64,000 nt of DNA, from assembly GCF_009914755.1 (NCBI RefSeq), contig NC_060925.1; one strand, written 5' to 3'. Positions 44,064 through 59,098 of the stretch are shown here, piece by piece. Position 1 is the first letter of the stretch; each line of letters begins with the position of its first letter. The notes under the pieces were generated by a model. That model did no database searches, had not been told where the DNA came from, and worked only from the letters and a program-made list of their open reading frames with translations. The stretch comes from the human T2T-CHM13v2.0 reference genome, Homo sapiens. The position numbers were made by a program, and so were the translations under genes.

Positions 44064-46689
44064 AGGTGCCCATTCCTGAGCCACTTAGGAAGGGGTCTCC
44101 TGATTGGTCAGCCCAGACATGTGCCCATCCCAGTAGCAGTGGTGGGGATCAGCCGAACCAGGAGCATATGGAATGAAAAGGGGGATGCTATTGTAGAAGA
44201 CAGGGGAAGAGATGTGGATATCCACTGCAACGTGCCAACAAGAAAGAGCATGAACTGAGTGCCTGAAAGTACCAGTGATGATCCAGCTTGAAATTGGTCC
44301 TGACACAGCCTCAGGCACCAGGCCAGCCCTGCAGTGCTGATGCACGCCCTGCCTGGCCTTTTCCTTCTGTGCAGTATTTGCATCTCAGCTGCTTTGTTTA
44401 CACCTAGTCAGAATGCACTTGCCTGCCCATTCTTCCTCACACATTGCTCCACCTGCCTGGGTGGAACTAGAGGGCAGAGTTACAAGGGTGCGGGGTGGGG
44501 AGGGTGCCAGGCTGAAGTTCCTCTGCCATTGATGGGGGCTACTTCCCTCCTCCAGCCTCAGCATTCTCTCTCCTTATCTTGAAGGGACAGTTACTTATGG
44601 TTCTCTTCTCTTCTGTGCCTTTGTCTTACAACTACCCTTCTGAACATTCTCCACCAGGCTTAACGTTTATTTACTTGTCTTTCAAGGCTTAGCTCAGCTT
44701 TGCCATTATCTCCTTTGAGATGTCTTTCCAGTACCCTCAAGTTGGTCAGTGACCTTTGTACCAAAATATAGCATCCTATTCCAGAATATAGAATGTGGAC
44801 ATATATTACATATATTTTCTTATGATTATTTCTCTACCTGTCTCTATCACTAGCTTCTTGAGGAAAGGACCAAGCCTAATTTACTTTTAGGTTCTGAGCT
44901 CGTACTCAGCACAGGACCTAGCACTGAGTAGGCAAGCAGTTGTTGGATGGGGCCGTGTTTTCCAGCTCCATCTAGTCCCATGTAAGATACGGAAGCAAGA
45001 GCTTCCTGAACAGGCTTGGAATAGTACTTGTTGGTTGGCACCTGATGTTTGTCTCTTTACCTCTGAGCTACCTCTCTCAGGACATATGATGCCCACCTGC
45101 TCTTAAACTTACCATCCTTTCTCCTTCGACTCCTGCTCTCCCATAGGACCCATCTCCCATGGAATTCATTCAAGTGGTCAGCAAGGGGAACGCAGCAAGA
45201 CACATATTTGACAGGGCATTTAGAAAGTGTTCGCATTACTTGCTTAGACATACACCAGGCTCTTCCTGTGCATGGCCCTTTATGGTGGGGCTGCAGCAGC
45301 TAGATCCCAAGCAAGACCATGTAGACTCTAGAACACCTATCTCCCTACGTTATGTCTATCCCACCACTACTCAGAGAAGGTTCTAGGAAGGTGGATCTGT
45401 GGGATTTGGCTTCATCCTGTTGGATGACAGTCTCACCTTGTGGGAGCCAAGGCCTGTGGTTGAATATAACGGACTGATGTGCTGTGGTCCCTGGTCTAAG
45501 AACTCATTGCTGGGCTCTGCCTTCCCTTTGTCTCATGGGCTGCTTGCACTCGTCACAGTCATTGGGAGAAGTGGCTAAAAGGCTGGCCACCCAACCAACC
45601 AGGCACAGATGTCAAGCTGAAGCCATCTGTTACCCTAATCCAGCAAACCCATATCTGGAAGCACCTCTTTCAGTTGGGTTGGTAGGAACTAGGAGAAGAC
45701 CCTACCCTAGATCTGCTGGTGCCCACACATAACTACTCCCTCACCTCACTCCTTAATAAGACCAGTCAGCTTTCTTGCCAGTCTGTGGATACAGGCTTAA
45801 TATTCCAAGCCTTAGAACATGGTTTAGGTTGATGAGCCAGTGTTGAGGACATTCACCTTATACGCTGCACCTTAGCCACATTTTTGAGCATTAAGTGAGC
45901 TGGAAGATCTCTTAGGAGGGCCCCAGGTTGCCCTTCCTGGCTGGTTAGCCTGACCCTTATGCTTAATCATAGTCCTCTTTCAGTCTACAGGTCTGCGAGC
46001 AGGGCAGCCTCCTGGCTCCTTAGGTTCCATCTATGCTGTGAGAGACACAGGGGTCAGATCCACACTCAGCATGTACTCTCCCAGGGCCCAAAACCCCCAA
46101 ACTACTAGGCTGTAGGATCTAAGGAGAAAGGATAGGCAAGTTCCAGTGCAACTTCCGTCTCCTCCTTCCCCGGGTCCTTCTCACGCACTCACACACACCC
46201 TGCTGAAACCTGATCCTGAGGCTGCCTCGCGTGCCGGGGTGCTGGCGGGGCTGGCGGGCTGGGGCCTGTCTTTTGGAGCCTGCCCCACCCTCCCCTGCTA
46301 CCCCCTAGGCCAGGGCAAGCAGGTCAGGCGTCCCACACCCCCGCTAGTCTGACCAGTCATTCTATACCTTAAGGGCCACCTCCACCCTGGCCAGGCCCCC
46401 AAACTGGCACACTGGTCTGGACGGAAGCCCCTGGATTCTGTTCCAGGCATAGCCTGAGGTTAGGCCACCTGCATAATTAACACACACACACCATCTTTAC
46501 CATCACCCCACCCCGACATTTCCTGTTGTTTATAGGCCCCAGCCCATTTTCCAAGGCCTCTGCAGGTGTCAAGCCACCTCACAGGGGATGAACAAAGTGC
46601 AGTGGGAACACTGGAGGAAGAATGCAAGCCTCCCTCGGGGAGTCAGGGGAGACTGTCCTGAGGAAGTAGTCTTTCAGCTTGATAAGAAT

Positions 46690-47322
<633 letters not shown>

Positions 47323-49996
47323 AGTAAGAATGCATTTTTTCCAGGCCTATAGAGAAGGAAAGTGGTTGGGAAATAGAGCAGAGGTGTACATTTCAGGCAG
47401 AGATAATGCATGTGTAAATGCAAGAAGACGGACATGTCTACAAATAGTGCTGCGCTGGGAGTATATATAACAGTAGTCCCAGAGGAGTAAAATCTAGATT
47501 GCATTAGATTGGAGGGTGACTAGGAGATGAGGAAGTGGAGACAGGATATCCACTGCTCTTCCTAGAACTTTTGCCATGAAGGGATGAAAGAGAGGCTGGT
47601 AGCTAAAGCGGGTACATGGCCAGGACGCTTTGTCGAATTTGTTTGTTTGTTTGTTTGTTTGTTTTCACAGGGGAGAGACCTGAGCCTTATTGTGTGCATA
47701 AAGAGAAACAAACAGAAATGGAATCCATAGCATGATAGAAAGATCTACTTTGGTGTCATAGGGATGGGGTAAGGAGGCCAAATTTAAGAATAGGTAAAGG
47801 GGCTGATAGATTTGTGGGTAAGGAAGCCAGAAGCTGAGGGAGTACCTATCTGATGGTCTTGGTTTTTCTGTGAAGTAAGAGAAAAGATACCTGCTTAAAG
47901 AGAGTTGGAAAAGGATAGAGTTTATGGAGAGTAGAGAATGTTTGGAATAGCTGCTGAGCAAAGTTGAGGGCCCAGCGCCTCATAAATTTGTGGTGGCATC
48001 AGTGCACTTTAGTGTATATGTGTGTGTGTTCTCGCAGCCCCTCAAGTATAAAAGGTACAACAGTGTAAGATTAGATAAATCTCTGGTTGGATTTTGCCTA
48101 ATGTGTGGGACAAAAGAACAGTGGAACCAACGGGTACAGGACCCTGGCAAGAGTGAGATTGAGGAGATGGATGGGATCTAGCCAAGAGAGATAATAGACT
48201 AGAAGTATGTATAGAAATCAAGTGGGTTTGGAGTGTAGAAGGCAAAGGAGAGAAAGAGAAAATAGAACATGAAGAAATTGCATTCAGAGAGTATTGGAGA
48301 TTAATATTTTCAAAGTGATGAAGAGTTTCAGAATGTGGCTGTGGGACTGAGTGCCTGACATGGAGTGAAGATGAGAGGGTCACTGGAGTCAAGTAAGTCA
48401 TCTTCGAGGCCAGAGTTGTAGTAGGCATTGAAGTTTCTGAAAATAATTGAGCAAGAATTGGGTTTGCGTAGAATATGAGACAGATGCTGAAACCTTGAAT
48501 GAATATGGCAGAGTTGGTAGATGATCGCTTGAAACTTGGTAATAAAAGTGTTGGTGATGTAGTGATGGAGGTGAGGATGATGTTGGGGAAAGTTATGGTG
48601 CTGGCTGTGATTGTTAGAAATTCCACATCCACCACTGTCCTTTCTGGGAGTTCTAGGGTAACAAGAATGTAGAGTGTTCCAAGTCCTTGTTCCCACCTTG
48701 AAACCTGATCTCCCCATCACCATGAAAGCATGCCTGTGGCCAAGAGAAGGAGGAGGAGGAAGAGACTAGAGCACAGCACAGGACATGTTGAGGGAACAGT
48801 CTTTGAATCCATGCAGCTGCAATCAATGATACAAGGAGGGGAAACCAGGAGAAAAAAACAAGCATGCAAATCTCCAAAGAAAAGGTGAAGAAAAGCCACA
48901 GGATAGTCTTAGAAGAGGTAAAGAGAGGCCTTTGTTAGTCATATGGAACTAGATAAAATTGGATCTGGTCTTTAAACCAACCAGAATAGACCAGAGATTT
49001 AAATGTAAAACATGAAAACACACAAGTACTAAAAAAGTATGGATGAATTTCTCTATAACCTGGGGATGAGAAAAACTTTCCTATGACTCAAACTCCAGAA
49101 GCAATAGGGGAAAGACTGATAAATTTGACTTAAAACAACAACAACAACAACAAAAACCTACTGTGTGGGAGGCCAAAAGTGACCATAGCAGCAGCTTTCT
49201 GCCTCCTGCTTTGAGAAAAAATAAAAATCTTTTGCAAAAATGAGGGGGGAAATAAAGAAAAGAAAACACCACAACCCAAGTAAATAAATAAACAAACAAA
49301 CAAGGGGAAATTTTGTAACTGTATCTCAGAGAGTTTATATATTAAATATATAAAGAACTTTAAAAAAAGAGAAGAAAAAAACAATACCTAAAAAATAGGC
49401 AAGAGATACGAATAAAGTTTATAGAAAAAGAACTGCAAATGGCTCTTCCATATATGAAATAATGCTAAATTCCACTCATAACAAAAGAAATGCAAATTAA
49501 GATGACAGTGAAATACTATTTTTTTTCTATCAGACTAACAAAATCTAAATGTTTGACAGTGTACTCTTGGTGATGTTGCAGGGGCTGTGGGGGAGTGGCA
49601 CTTTCATACATCACTGGTGGGTATTGCAAAATGGCACAATCCCTGTGGAGGGGAATTTGGCAGTATAGAGCAAAATCAGAGATACACACTTTCCCTTTGA
49701 TCCAGCAAACCCACTTTTAGGAATCTATTTCAAAGATACATTGGCAAATAGAAAAGACATATGCATTAAATTATTCATTGTAATCACTACTAGTAGCACC
49801 TACTTTACAAAAGACTGGAAACAACCCAGGAGATTGATTGAATAAAATAAGGTACATAATCAATCATGGGAGTATTATTGAGTATGTAATTATAATGGAG
49901 TGCTCACCAGGATATATTGTTTAGTAAAAAAAGAAAAATAGACAAAACAGTATGTATACTGTGTTACATTTTTAGTGAATAAAGAAGGGAACAGGA

Positions 49997-49998
<2 letters not shown>

Positions 49999-50034
<36 letters not shown>
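49999..50034. repeat. (AC)18 microsatellite
   Basis: Counted directly from the sequence. Confidence 0.97.
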
Positions 50035-50038
<4 letters not shown>

Positions 50039-50718
50039 CATTTATTTACTTATATCAAGAAAAAAGGATACAATAAAACTAATAAAAATGAATACTGTAT
50101 GGGACTAGAAGTAACGGGACAGAGATGAAAGCTAGACTTCTTTGAATGTATTTTGTTTGTGAATTTAATTGTGTAACTAGGCAAAACTCTATATCATCAT
50201 TAAACAAAATCAATTAAAATGAGGGAAAAGCTCTCCCTTAAAAACAAAAGCAGAATGAAACAAATGAACCTAACTATGTATCATGTCATTGATAAATTAA
50301 ACTCAGCAGAATTATTTCAACTGGCAAATGCAAAGTAATTTGTCTGTTCTTCTAGTGGGGTATACCCTAAGGCAGAAGGAACTGCAAAGAAACCTTAAAT
50401 TGTTTTTAGTAATGGTAGTGTTAGTAGTATACTGGTATTGTTTTTCTGAAACCATTATATACATTTTCTATATGTATACGTTAGGATCAAGCAAAAACAG
50501 TAGTTGTGTTAATGTCACTGGAAACAAGGATATCAGCTTAAAAGAGATACAAATATAAAGTCAAATATAGTAGGTAAACAATTTTTTGCTGTGTGAATTA
50601 CATATCATAAAGCTGTTTTAAAAAAGAAAAAGAAGATAAATACAAATCTTATAATCCTAATTTTGAATTGGAAATACTAGTTACAAATGAATGATGTATT
50701 CTTTTCAGAAAATTAATT

Positions 50719-50925
50719 CCCACCCTGAGCAATATAGTGAGACTCCATCTCTACAAAAAATAAAAAATAAGCCAGACTTGGTGGCACATGCCTGTAGTCC
50801 TAGCTACGCAGGAGGCTGAGGTGGAAGGAATGCTTGAGCCCAAGAGTTTGAGGTTGTAGTAAACAAAGATCACACCACTGTACTTTAGCCTGGGCAATAG
50901 AGCAAGAGCCTATCTCAAAAAAAAA
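50719..50925 (+). mobile_element. 5'-truncated Alu (AluJ-like)
   Basis: CCTGAGCAATATAGTGAGAC...CTTGAGCCCAAGAGTTTGAGG...poly-A. Confidence 0.85.
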
Positions 50926-51392
50926 TTATAGTTAAAATTTTAGGTGTGATAATGTTTTAAGAAAAGTTGTTTAGGTGTGGTTTATGTTTTAAGGTGTCCT
51001 TATCTTTTAGAAATTAATGCTGAAATATTTTATGGATGAAATGGCATAATTTCCGGGAATTTTCAAAATAGTATACAAAGAAAGTGGATGGGGTATAAAA
51101 GAAACAAAACTGACCATGATTGAAAATTGCTGAATCTGGGTGATGGGGGTGGCATGGTTGACAGTACTATTTTTTCTGCCTTTTTATATGTGAAATTTTC
51201 CATAATGAAAAGTTTAAAAATATATACACCGGAGGAAAAAATGAGTTCCCTTTGCAAAGAGATGCACCTAACTAGCCGAAGTGTTAGAGGAGAGCTGGCT
51301 GAATCATTCAAGGAATAGAAAGAGCAGCTACAGAAAGAAAATCCAAAGCCAAAGGCCTGATAAAAGAGAGAGACGAAGTGGAAAGTGTTTGA

Positions 51393-51669
51393 GGCTGAGC
51401 ATGGTGGCTCACGCCTATAATCTCAGCACTTTGGGAGCCTGAGGCAGGAGGATCACTTAAGTCCAGGAGTTCAAGACCACCCTGGGCAACATAGTGAGAC
51501 TTCATCTCTACTAAAAATAAAAATAAAATGAGAACTTAGCTGGGTATGGGGGTGGATGTCTGTAGTCCTAGCTACTCGGGAGGCTGAGGTGGGAGGATCA
51601 CTTGAGCCCAGGAGTTTGGGATTACAGTGAGCCGTGTTCATGCCACTGCACTCCAGCCTGGGTAACAGA
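51393..51669 (+). mobile_element. AluJ-like lacking a poly-A tail
   Basis: The dimer ends at CAGCCTGGGTAACAGA. Confidence 0.88.
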
Positions 51670-52088
51670 CGTATACGGGACAGATGAACATGCTCAACAA
51701 TATCCGAATGCAACTGGGAAAATATGGAATATGGGGCATTCTACAGGACAAATAGCCTGTATACATAGAACTAGGAAATATGTGTATGTCCTAGTTTTGA
51801 CGAGCCTGGAAATGATGACTAACCCATAACAACATGAGCTTCCCTAGCTACTCTGATGGTGATCTGTAAATACCATTACCAATTAAAAGGAACCAGGGTT
51901 CCTTGGGAAAATGACTGATTCCAGGTTGGGGCAAGAAATGTACAAGATCAGCCTCAAAAATCTTTTCATACAAGAAAGCCAGGACATTATCAAAGATTAC
52001 TAGGATGTGTGCAGAAGATTCAGGAGCCAAGTTGAAAAGACTCCACTGGCCAAAGATGGGATAATCTGAGCATCAAAAAATAATGATT

Positions 52089-52400
<312 letters not shown>

Positions 52401-52747
52401 ATGGCTACAAAAATTACAATAGATTGACATATATCAAATACATGAAAATGTCTGAATTCCTAATGATTAAAACATAAAAAAGCCTCATTAATCATTCTTT
52501 GGGGGCTGTTAAGGAATCAGCTCATTATTCTGCAAATGGGTAAATAAGGGGGAAAATTAAGCATTTTATCTCATCTTTTCTGTAGGACTGCTACCAAAGA
52601 GTTAGTGAGAGAAAGTTTATAGAAGTACTGTAGCATCTCCTAAAGAAAGGATGGATCTAGGCGGTGATCCTCAGTGGCTGCTACAAGCATTCTGTGCAGA
52701 GCCGCTGAGAACTTTTATCAGTTCTAGCCAAGAACACTTGAACCTAG

Positions 52748-53062
<315 letters not shown>

Positions 53063-53065
53063 TAA

Positions 53066-53200
53066 TTTTTTTTTTTGAGGCAAGTTCTCACACTGTCACC
53101 CAGGCTGGAGTGCAGTAGTGTGATCTGACCTCACTGCAGCCTCAACCCCCCGAGCTCAAGTGATCCTCCCACCTCAGCCTCCCAGATAGCTGGGACTACA
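53066..53200 (-). mobile_element. Alu right-monomer fragment
   Basis: Poly-T followed by CACCCAGGCTGGAGTGCAGTAG...AGCTGGGACTACAG. Confidence 0.85.
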
Positions 53201-55183
53201 GTCTCTGTATAGCAGGAGAAAGGCAGTCTACAAAGCAATCTACAAAATAATATAGGAAAAGGAAAATCAGTTTCAATGTATACCATAAGGTTAATTATCT
53301 CTGTGTTGTACAGTTATGGGTATTTTTATTTTTTATGTGTGCTTGTCTGTATTTTTTCCAAAATTAACACGATACAGGTTGCACAAAAAATGAGGTGTTT
53401 TTAAAAGTAAAACTTACTGAACTTTCCAATCATCTGAATAAAAAGAAAGCAGAGGAAAAGGGAAAAAAAAATGTCGAGATCATTTGGCTAGATCTTAGGC
53501 ATATTTTATTAGCATATGACATCTAGTACATATTGGAAAGCAGATAAAATCCTGTCCAAGCTTGACTCTGAGAGAAACTTTCCAGAAATTTTATAAGCTC
53601 AGTCGTGACACAGAAGAAGAGGTTCTTGGTGCAGGCTTATCCAGGGACCATGTTTGCTTTGATATTACACATAGACCATGACCAGGATCCTCAGAGCCTC
53701 TGGCAAAACATCAAATATATTAATTTACTTAGATTTTATATACTTGGCACAAGAAATATGCATTACCCTTTTACATGGGGTGGTAGTGGGAGTGCACTGA
53801 CTCAGTTGCTGGGACCCAACTCAGAGCTCCCAAGTGTTGACATCTTCCTAGCAAGAGTGATGGGGGAGGGAGCAGGATTCCAAGTTTTCTGCCTCTTTCA
53901 AGTTCATGTCAAAATCTCTAATAATAGCAGACCTCTGAGTGATAACTGATACTATTCCTCCTGGGACTGCTGGTTATAATGGTGTTAGTGATGATAGGGA
54001 TGAGAAATCCATGCTGTGGTTGCTTCTGGGCTTGGAGGGCCACCCCTGCAGCCTCCAGTTATTCAGTGGCTGATTCAGGGTGAGTTAGAAATAACAACAC
54101 AGAGCCACGGAGGCCCAGGCCTCCACACATTCATTTATGGCCAGGAAGGTCCTGAGCAGGCCCCATTGCAGAATTCTCAGCACACAGTGAGTGATCAGAA
54201 ACTGGCCATCTTTGGGGCTGCCAGGTTCCCTGAAAAGGGCCTTCAAAGCAGGGTGCTAGCGCCCATGTGAAGTTGTGCTCTCCAGTCATCTCTGAAGAGC
54301 TCAATTCCTGCTGCACCTTCTCCCTCTTCCTCACTTCCCTTCCCTTCAGACTTCGTCTCCTCCTCCCCAAGCCTGTCCCCTCCCTGCCCATTCCAAGAAG
54401 AGTAAGACTTGCCTGTTCTTTCACCCCAGCTCAGCATCACTTCACCCTCCTTCTCTCGCCTTTGCCCCCATCTCCTCTCCAGGCCCAGATCAACCCTTCC
54501 CCTGAAGCTCTGGGTCCCTCCTCACTTCCACAAGAACTTAGCCTCCTCTCTTTCCTTCTCTCCACCAGCAAATGCACTCAAATTCCTACTGGTCTGAAAC
54601 CTCTCCCCTCGGCCCTGCCTCCTAGGACTCTGCTTTTTCTTTCTCTTTCCTACCAAACTTCTGTCTCCTGTAGCTTTTAACCTGCTTTGCCCTCTCACCA
54701 TGAATTCTCCTTCTTCCTCACTGTGGGTGGTCCACTTCCCAGAATTCTCTCCAAAATCTGTCTCCATGTACTGGCTGTATTTTTGGATATATTTCTGCTC
54801 AACTGGACAGTGTCTCATCTCTGTGTTCCCAGATTGCAGGAACAGTGTGGGCAGCAGTGACTATTTGATGAATGCCTGCACAACCTTCCAGAGAGCTTCC
54901 AGCTCTGAGAAATTGATCCTTGCTGAACAAATCTTGTCTCTCCACTCCTACAGCTAGCCAAATAAAGACTGACCAGGCCTACTCCCTCAGACTCAGGCTC
55001 CACTGAACAAGATCTGTCAAACCCCTCGACAGCTACCCAGTGAACAGGCTGGGTGGAGGGGGGTATGCCGGAATGCAGAGGGGGCTTCCAGCAGATCCTT
55101 TGCCAAGACCGACGTACGGAAGTGCCACCAGTAATCCAGACTGTTGCGTTTTTGTGATCCTCAGCAGTCCTGTTATATTCCAG

Positions 55184-55278
55184 GTTCTCCAAGCCAGCAC
55201 CCATGTTCCTGGATGACTCCTTTCGCAAGTGGGCTAGAATCCGGGAGTTCGTGCCGCCTTTTGGGATCAAAGGTCAAG
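55184..55278 (+). CDS. ST3GAL3: ST3GAL3 internal coding exon (95 nt), (R)FSKPAPMFLDDSFRKWARIREFVPPFGIKGQ
   Basis: Acceptor ttatattccag at 55183, donor AAG|gtatgt at 55279. Translation matches the ST3GAL3 stem region and phase 1 joins the next exon (G|AC = Asp). Confidence 0.96.
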
Positions 55279-55426
55279 GTATGTTGGGAACCCTGACCTA
55301 CATTAACATCTCATCCCCCCGACTGTCTCCCTGTCCTTCAGACAAGGCTACATCCTCAGAAGTCCCCATGCTGAGAATCCACCCTTCCTCTACTCTCAAC
55401 AAATCTTCTCTACCTTTTTCCCTTCC

Positions 55427-55722
55427 TTTTTTTGTTTGTTTGTTTGTTTTTTTTTTTTGAGATAGATCCTTGCTCTGTCACCCAGGCTAAAGTGCAGTGG
55501 CATGATCTCGGCTCACACAATCTCCACCTTTAAGATCCTCCTACCTCAGCCTCCTGAGTAGCTGGGACCATAGGCACGCACCACCATGCCTGGCTTATTT
55601 TTTCTTCGTATTTTTAGTAGAGACAGGGTTTTACCATGTTGCCCAGGTTGATCTCAAACTCCTGGACTCAAGTGATCTGCCTAAAGTGCTGGGGTTACAG
55701 GCATGAGCCACCATGCCCGGCT
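55427..55722 (-). mobile_element. AluJ-like with (GTTT)n tail
   Basis: Diverged dimer with small deletions. Confidence 0.88.
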
Positions 55723-57360
55723 TCTTCTTTAATGGAATATTTACACAGAGCCCACCACTTTGCCAGGGGTTAAGTATACAACAGTGAAGTAGACAGATTG
55801 TTTCCTCTCCTCAAAAAGCTCCAGTATAGCGGAGATTCAGATATTCAAGAGTGCAGAGTTCTGGTGAGGGCAGTACAAGGAGCTGTGAGAACACAGAAAA
55901 GGTGTGCTGTAGACAGGAACACTAGAGTACTAGGTATAGTAGGGACATTCCCAGAGAAAACAGAGACTGTCCCCCAGGAGTGCCCCACGTCCCTCTATCA
56001 GCCCATCCTGATATTTTTCACCTGAACCTCATCTCCCTTCCAACCCTTCCTTATCCTGTCCAAGGCTAACCTTTCCCCTACACTCTCACAAACTCCCCTT
56101 CCATTGCCTTGGGGACCTCACCCACACAGCTCCATGCTAACTTAAGACTTTCCCATCCCTAGTAGTTGAACAATTCTGCTTCTTTGTCAAGTTCTGTGCT
56201 ATTTCATGGCATGGTGGAAAATAATCTGGACTTATGGGTCAGGCACAGAGGGATCAGATCCCCATACTGCCTCTTTACTAGCTGTGACCCTGGACAAGTT
56301 GCCTGTCTGTCCTTTAGTTCCGTCAGCAGTTAAATGGAGAGAATACTACTACTGTGTAAAGTTGTTGTCAGAATTACATAAAATAACTGCTAAAGGGGTG
56401 ATATCATTTGGCCAGGAGACTCAAGAATACCTGAACCCTCTACTCAGCCAGACTATCTCTCCCTGAAAAGAAGCCAGTGGCAAGGAAAAACACTGTTGAA
56501 CTGGCGCTTTGACCTCAGACCTCCAAGGACAAATCTAATGGTTGGGTTAAACCATATGAAGAACCCCTTTTCCCTGGGTGCAGGCAGCCAAGAAGTCCAC
56601 TCTTCTCTCTTGAATCTGCACTCGAGACTCAGATGGGATAGCTACAAAGGCCAGGGAAGTTCGATATGGAGCCCATCAGCCAGCAAGCAGAGAGCATCTG
56701 CTAATGTGTGCTCTTTCTGCTGAGATTTTCCTCCTAGAAAACAAAGCCCAATCCATATCCTTGACCTTGGCTAATTTTAGTAGCAATATGCTCTTCCTTA
56801 AAGGTGAAATTGGAAGTGGGAAAAGGAGGGAATCTGTTGCCTTTCCTAAAGCCCACCGTAAGGTATATCTGAAGGCACTTAGTGTAGAACATTGCTTAAA
56901 GGTTTGTTTCCCTACCCCATTCTCACTCAACTTCTGGAAGGATTAACTGCACCTGCTGCCTCCTCTTTCTCACCATTTACTCCTGAAGAATATCTGCATC
57001 CCTGCCCATCCCACCCCACCATTCCAGTGAAACTGCTCAGTGTCCCGGAGAAATCCAAGGGATACTTCTCAGTCCTTAACATGACCTCTCGGCTACCTCT
57101 GCCTCCTTTAAAAAAGTATAAGTTTGTTATTTTTAATTTTGGAGACATCTTTTCTTTACATAAAATATTTCAAGCATACAAAAAATACTAGGAATAATAA
57201 GCATTGATGTACCTTCTACCCAGCTGAAGAAATAAAACATGAGACACAATTAAAGCTTCTGCGGGTCCCTTCCCACTCCATTCTCTTCCTTCCCCAGGAA
57301 GCCACTATTCTGCATTATCCTGGCTTCAGTGTTGGCATTCTTATGCCTTGTTTATATATG

Positions 57361-57682
<322 letters not shown>

Positions 57683-58119
57683 TAAAAATATAGTACCGCT
57701 CTTACATGTCTTTAGACTTTACAAATGGTGTCATTATATGTACATGTATTTATGTATATGTGTATGTATATTCTTCATATTTTTTTAATGTGTTTTTGAG
57801 ATTTATCTATATTGGTACATACAGCTGTAGGTCATTGATTTTTTTTTTTAATGGCTGTATAGGATTTCATACACCACATTTAATCTGGTTTTTTTTTTTT
57901 TTGGTGGACATTCAGCTTGCCTCCACCATTTTGCTATTACAAACAGTTCATCAGCAAACACTCTTGCATGTCTCCTGGAGCAAGTGTGTGACTTTTTCAA
58001 CGCTCCACGCCTAGGAGCATAGTTGTAGGATCTTAGTGTATGCACATCTTCGTGGTTATTTGATGTTATTAAGATGCTCTCCATTGTGGTGATACCAGTT
58101 TACTTTATTTTTAGGTCTT

Positions 58120-58270
58120 TGTGTACGTTATTTTATATCTTCCTAACAACTCCACAAAATAGGAATTACTTTCATTTTAGAGATGAGGAAACTAAAGCTC
58201 AAAGAAAGGAAATGATTTATATAAGGTCACAGAGCACAGCCAGTATTTGACTCCAAAGCCAATACCCTTG
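58120..58270 (-). mobile_element. MIR
   Basis: CATTTTAGAGATGAGGAAACTAAAGCTCAAAGA...AAGGTCACAGAGC. Confidence 0.75.
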
Positions 58271-59034
58271 CTATTCACTATACATCATATTATAGTGCTC
58301 TCATGATACCAGAGTTTGGAAGAGCAGTCCTTATTGCCAAAGCCAGAGAGAGGCCAAGGAGATGAGGTCTAAATAGTGGGCACAGGTCTGAGAGCACAGA
58401 AGTCATGGGGGTCTTTGCTGAATGGAGTGCAGGTGGGCAGAGCCAGGCTCAGGGAGTAAAGAGGTGAGGAGGTAAAGACAGCCTGGCAAAGAGCAGGATT
58501 CAGGATTGGCAATGTGAGAGGGAGGAAGTGAGGGAAAGGTGATGTCAGATAATGAGGCACGTGGTGAGCTCTTCAGTTGCTGGGTGTCTCCTCATTTGTT
58601 TCCTGGTATCTGCTGGGTGGGAGCACAGAGATAAGTACAAGGTGGTCTCTAGCTCTGAGCAGGTACTCCCATTCCAGGGAGACTGCGTGCGCCAGCTTCC
58701 AGGGAAGGCCCTGGCCTGGGAATGCATGTCCTGGGGCCTGACTACAGAGCCTCAGAAAACCAGATGAGCCTCCCAGAAGCCTGGGAGAGAAGCTGCGTGC
58801 CAGTGTTAGGGACGGGCTCCCGGCAGTGATATGCCTGTCTGTTTCCTGCCATCACCTCCTTTCTCAGGAAGAAAGTCAGGGCAGTGGCCCAATACATCCT
58901 TGTGTCCAGAGCTCTCTCCACTTCCACTTTCACTCTAGCCCCTAGGGACTTGTGTCTTCCAGTAGGATTATCAGTAAACATTTTATAGAAAGGTAAGTGA
59001 CCCTGTAACAGAAACCTCTCTCCTCTGTCTGCAG

Positions 59035-59098
59035 ACAATCTGATCAAAGCCATCTTGTCAGTCACCAAAGAGTACCGCCTGACCCCTGCCTTGGACAG
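59035..59098 (+). CDS. ST3GAL3: ST3GAL3 internal coding exon (64 nt), DNLIKAILSVTKEYRLTPALD(S)
   Basis: Acceptor ctctctcctctgtctgcag, donor CAG|gtgagc. Reading frame is continuous with both flanking exons. Confidence 0.96.

Noticed and set aside
48042-48635. 197-aa Ser/Thr/Ile-rich ORF on the - strand
   Set aside because: Starts at a non-ATG codon, has no recognisable domain and is probably an old LINE relic.
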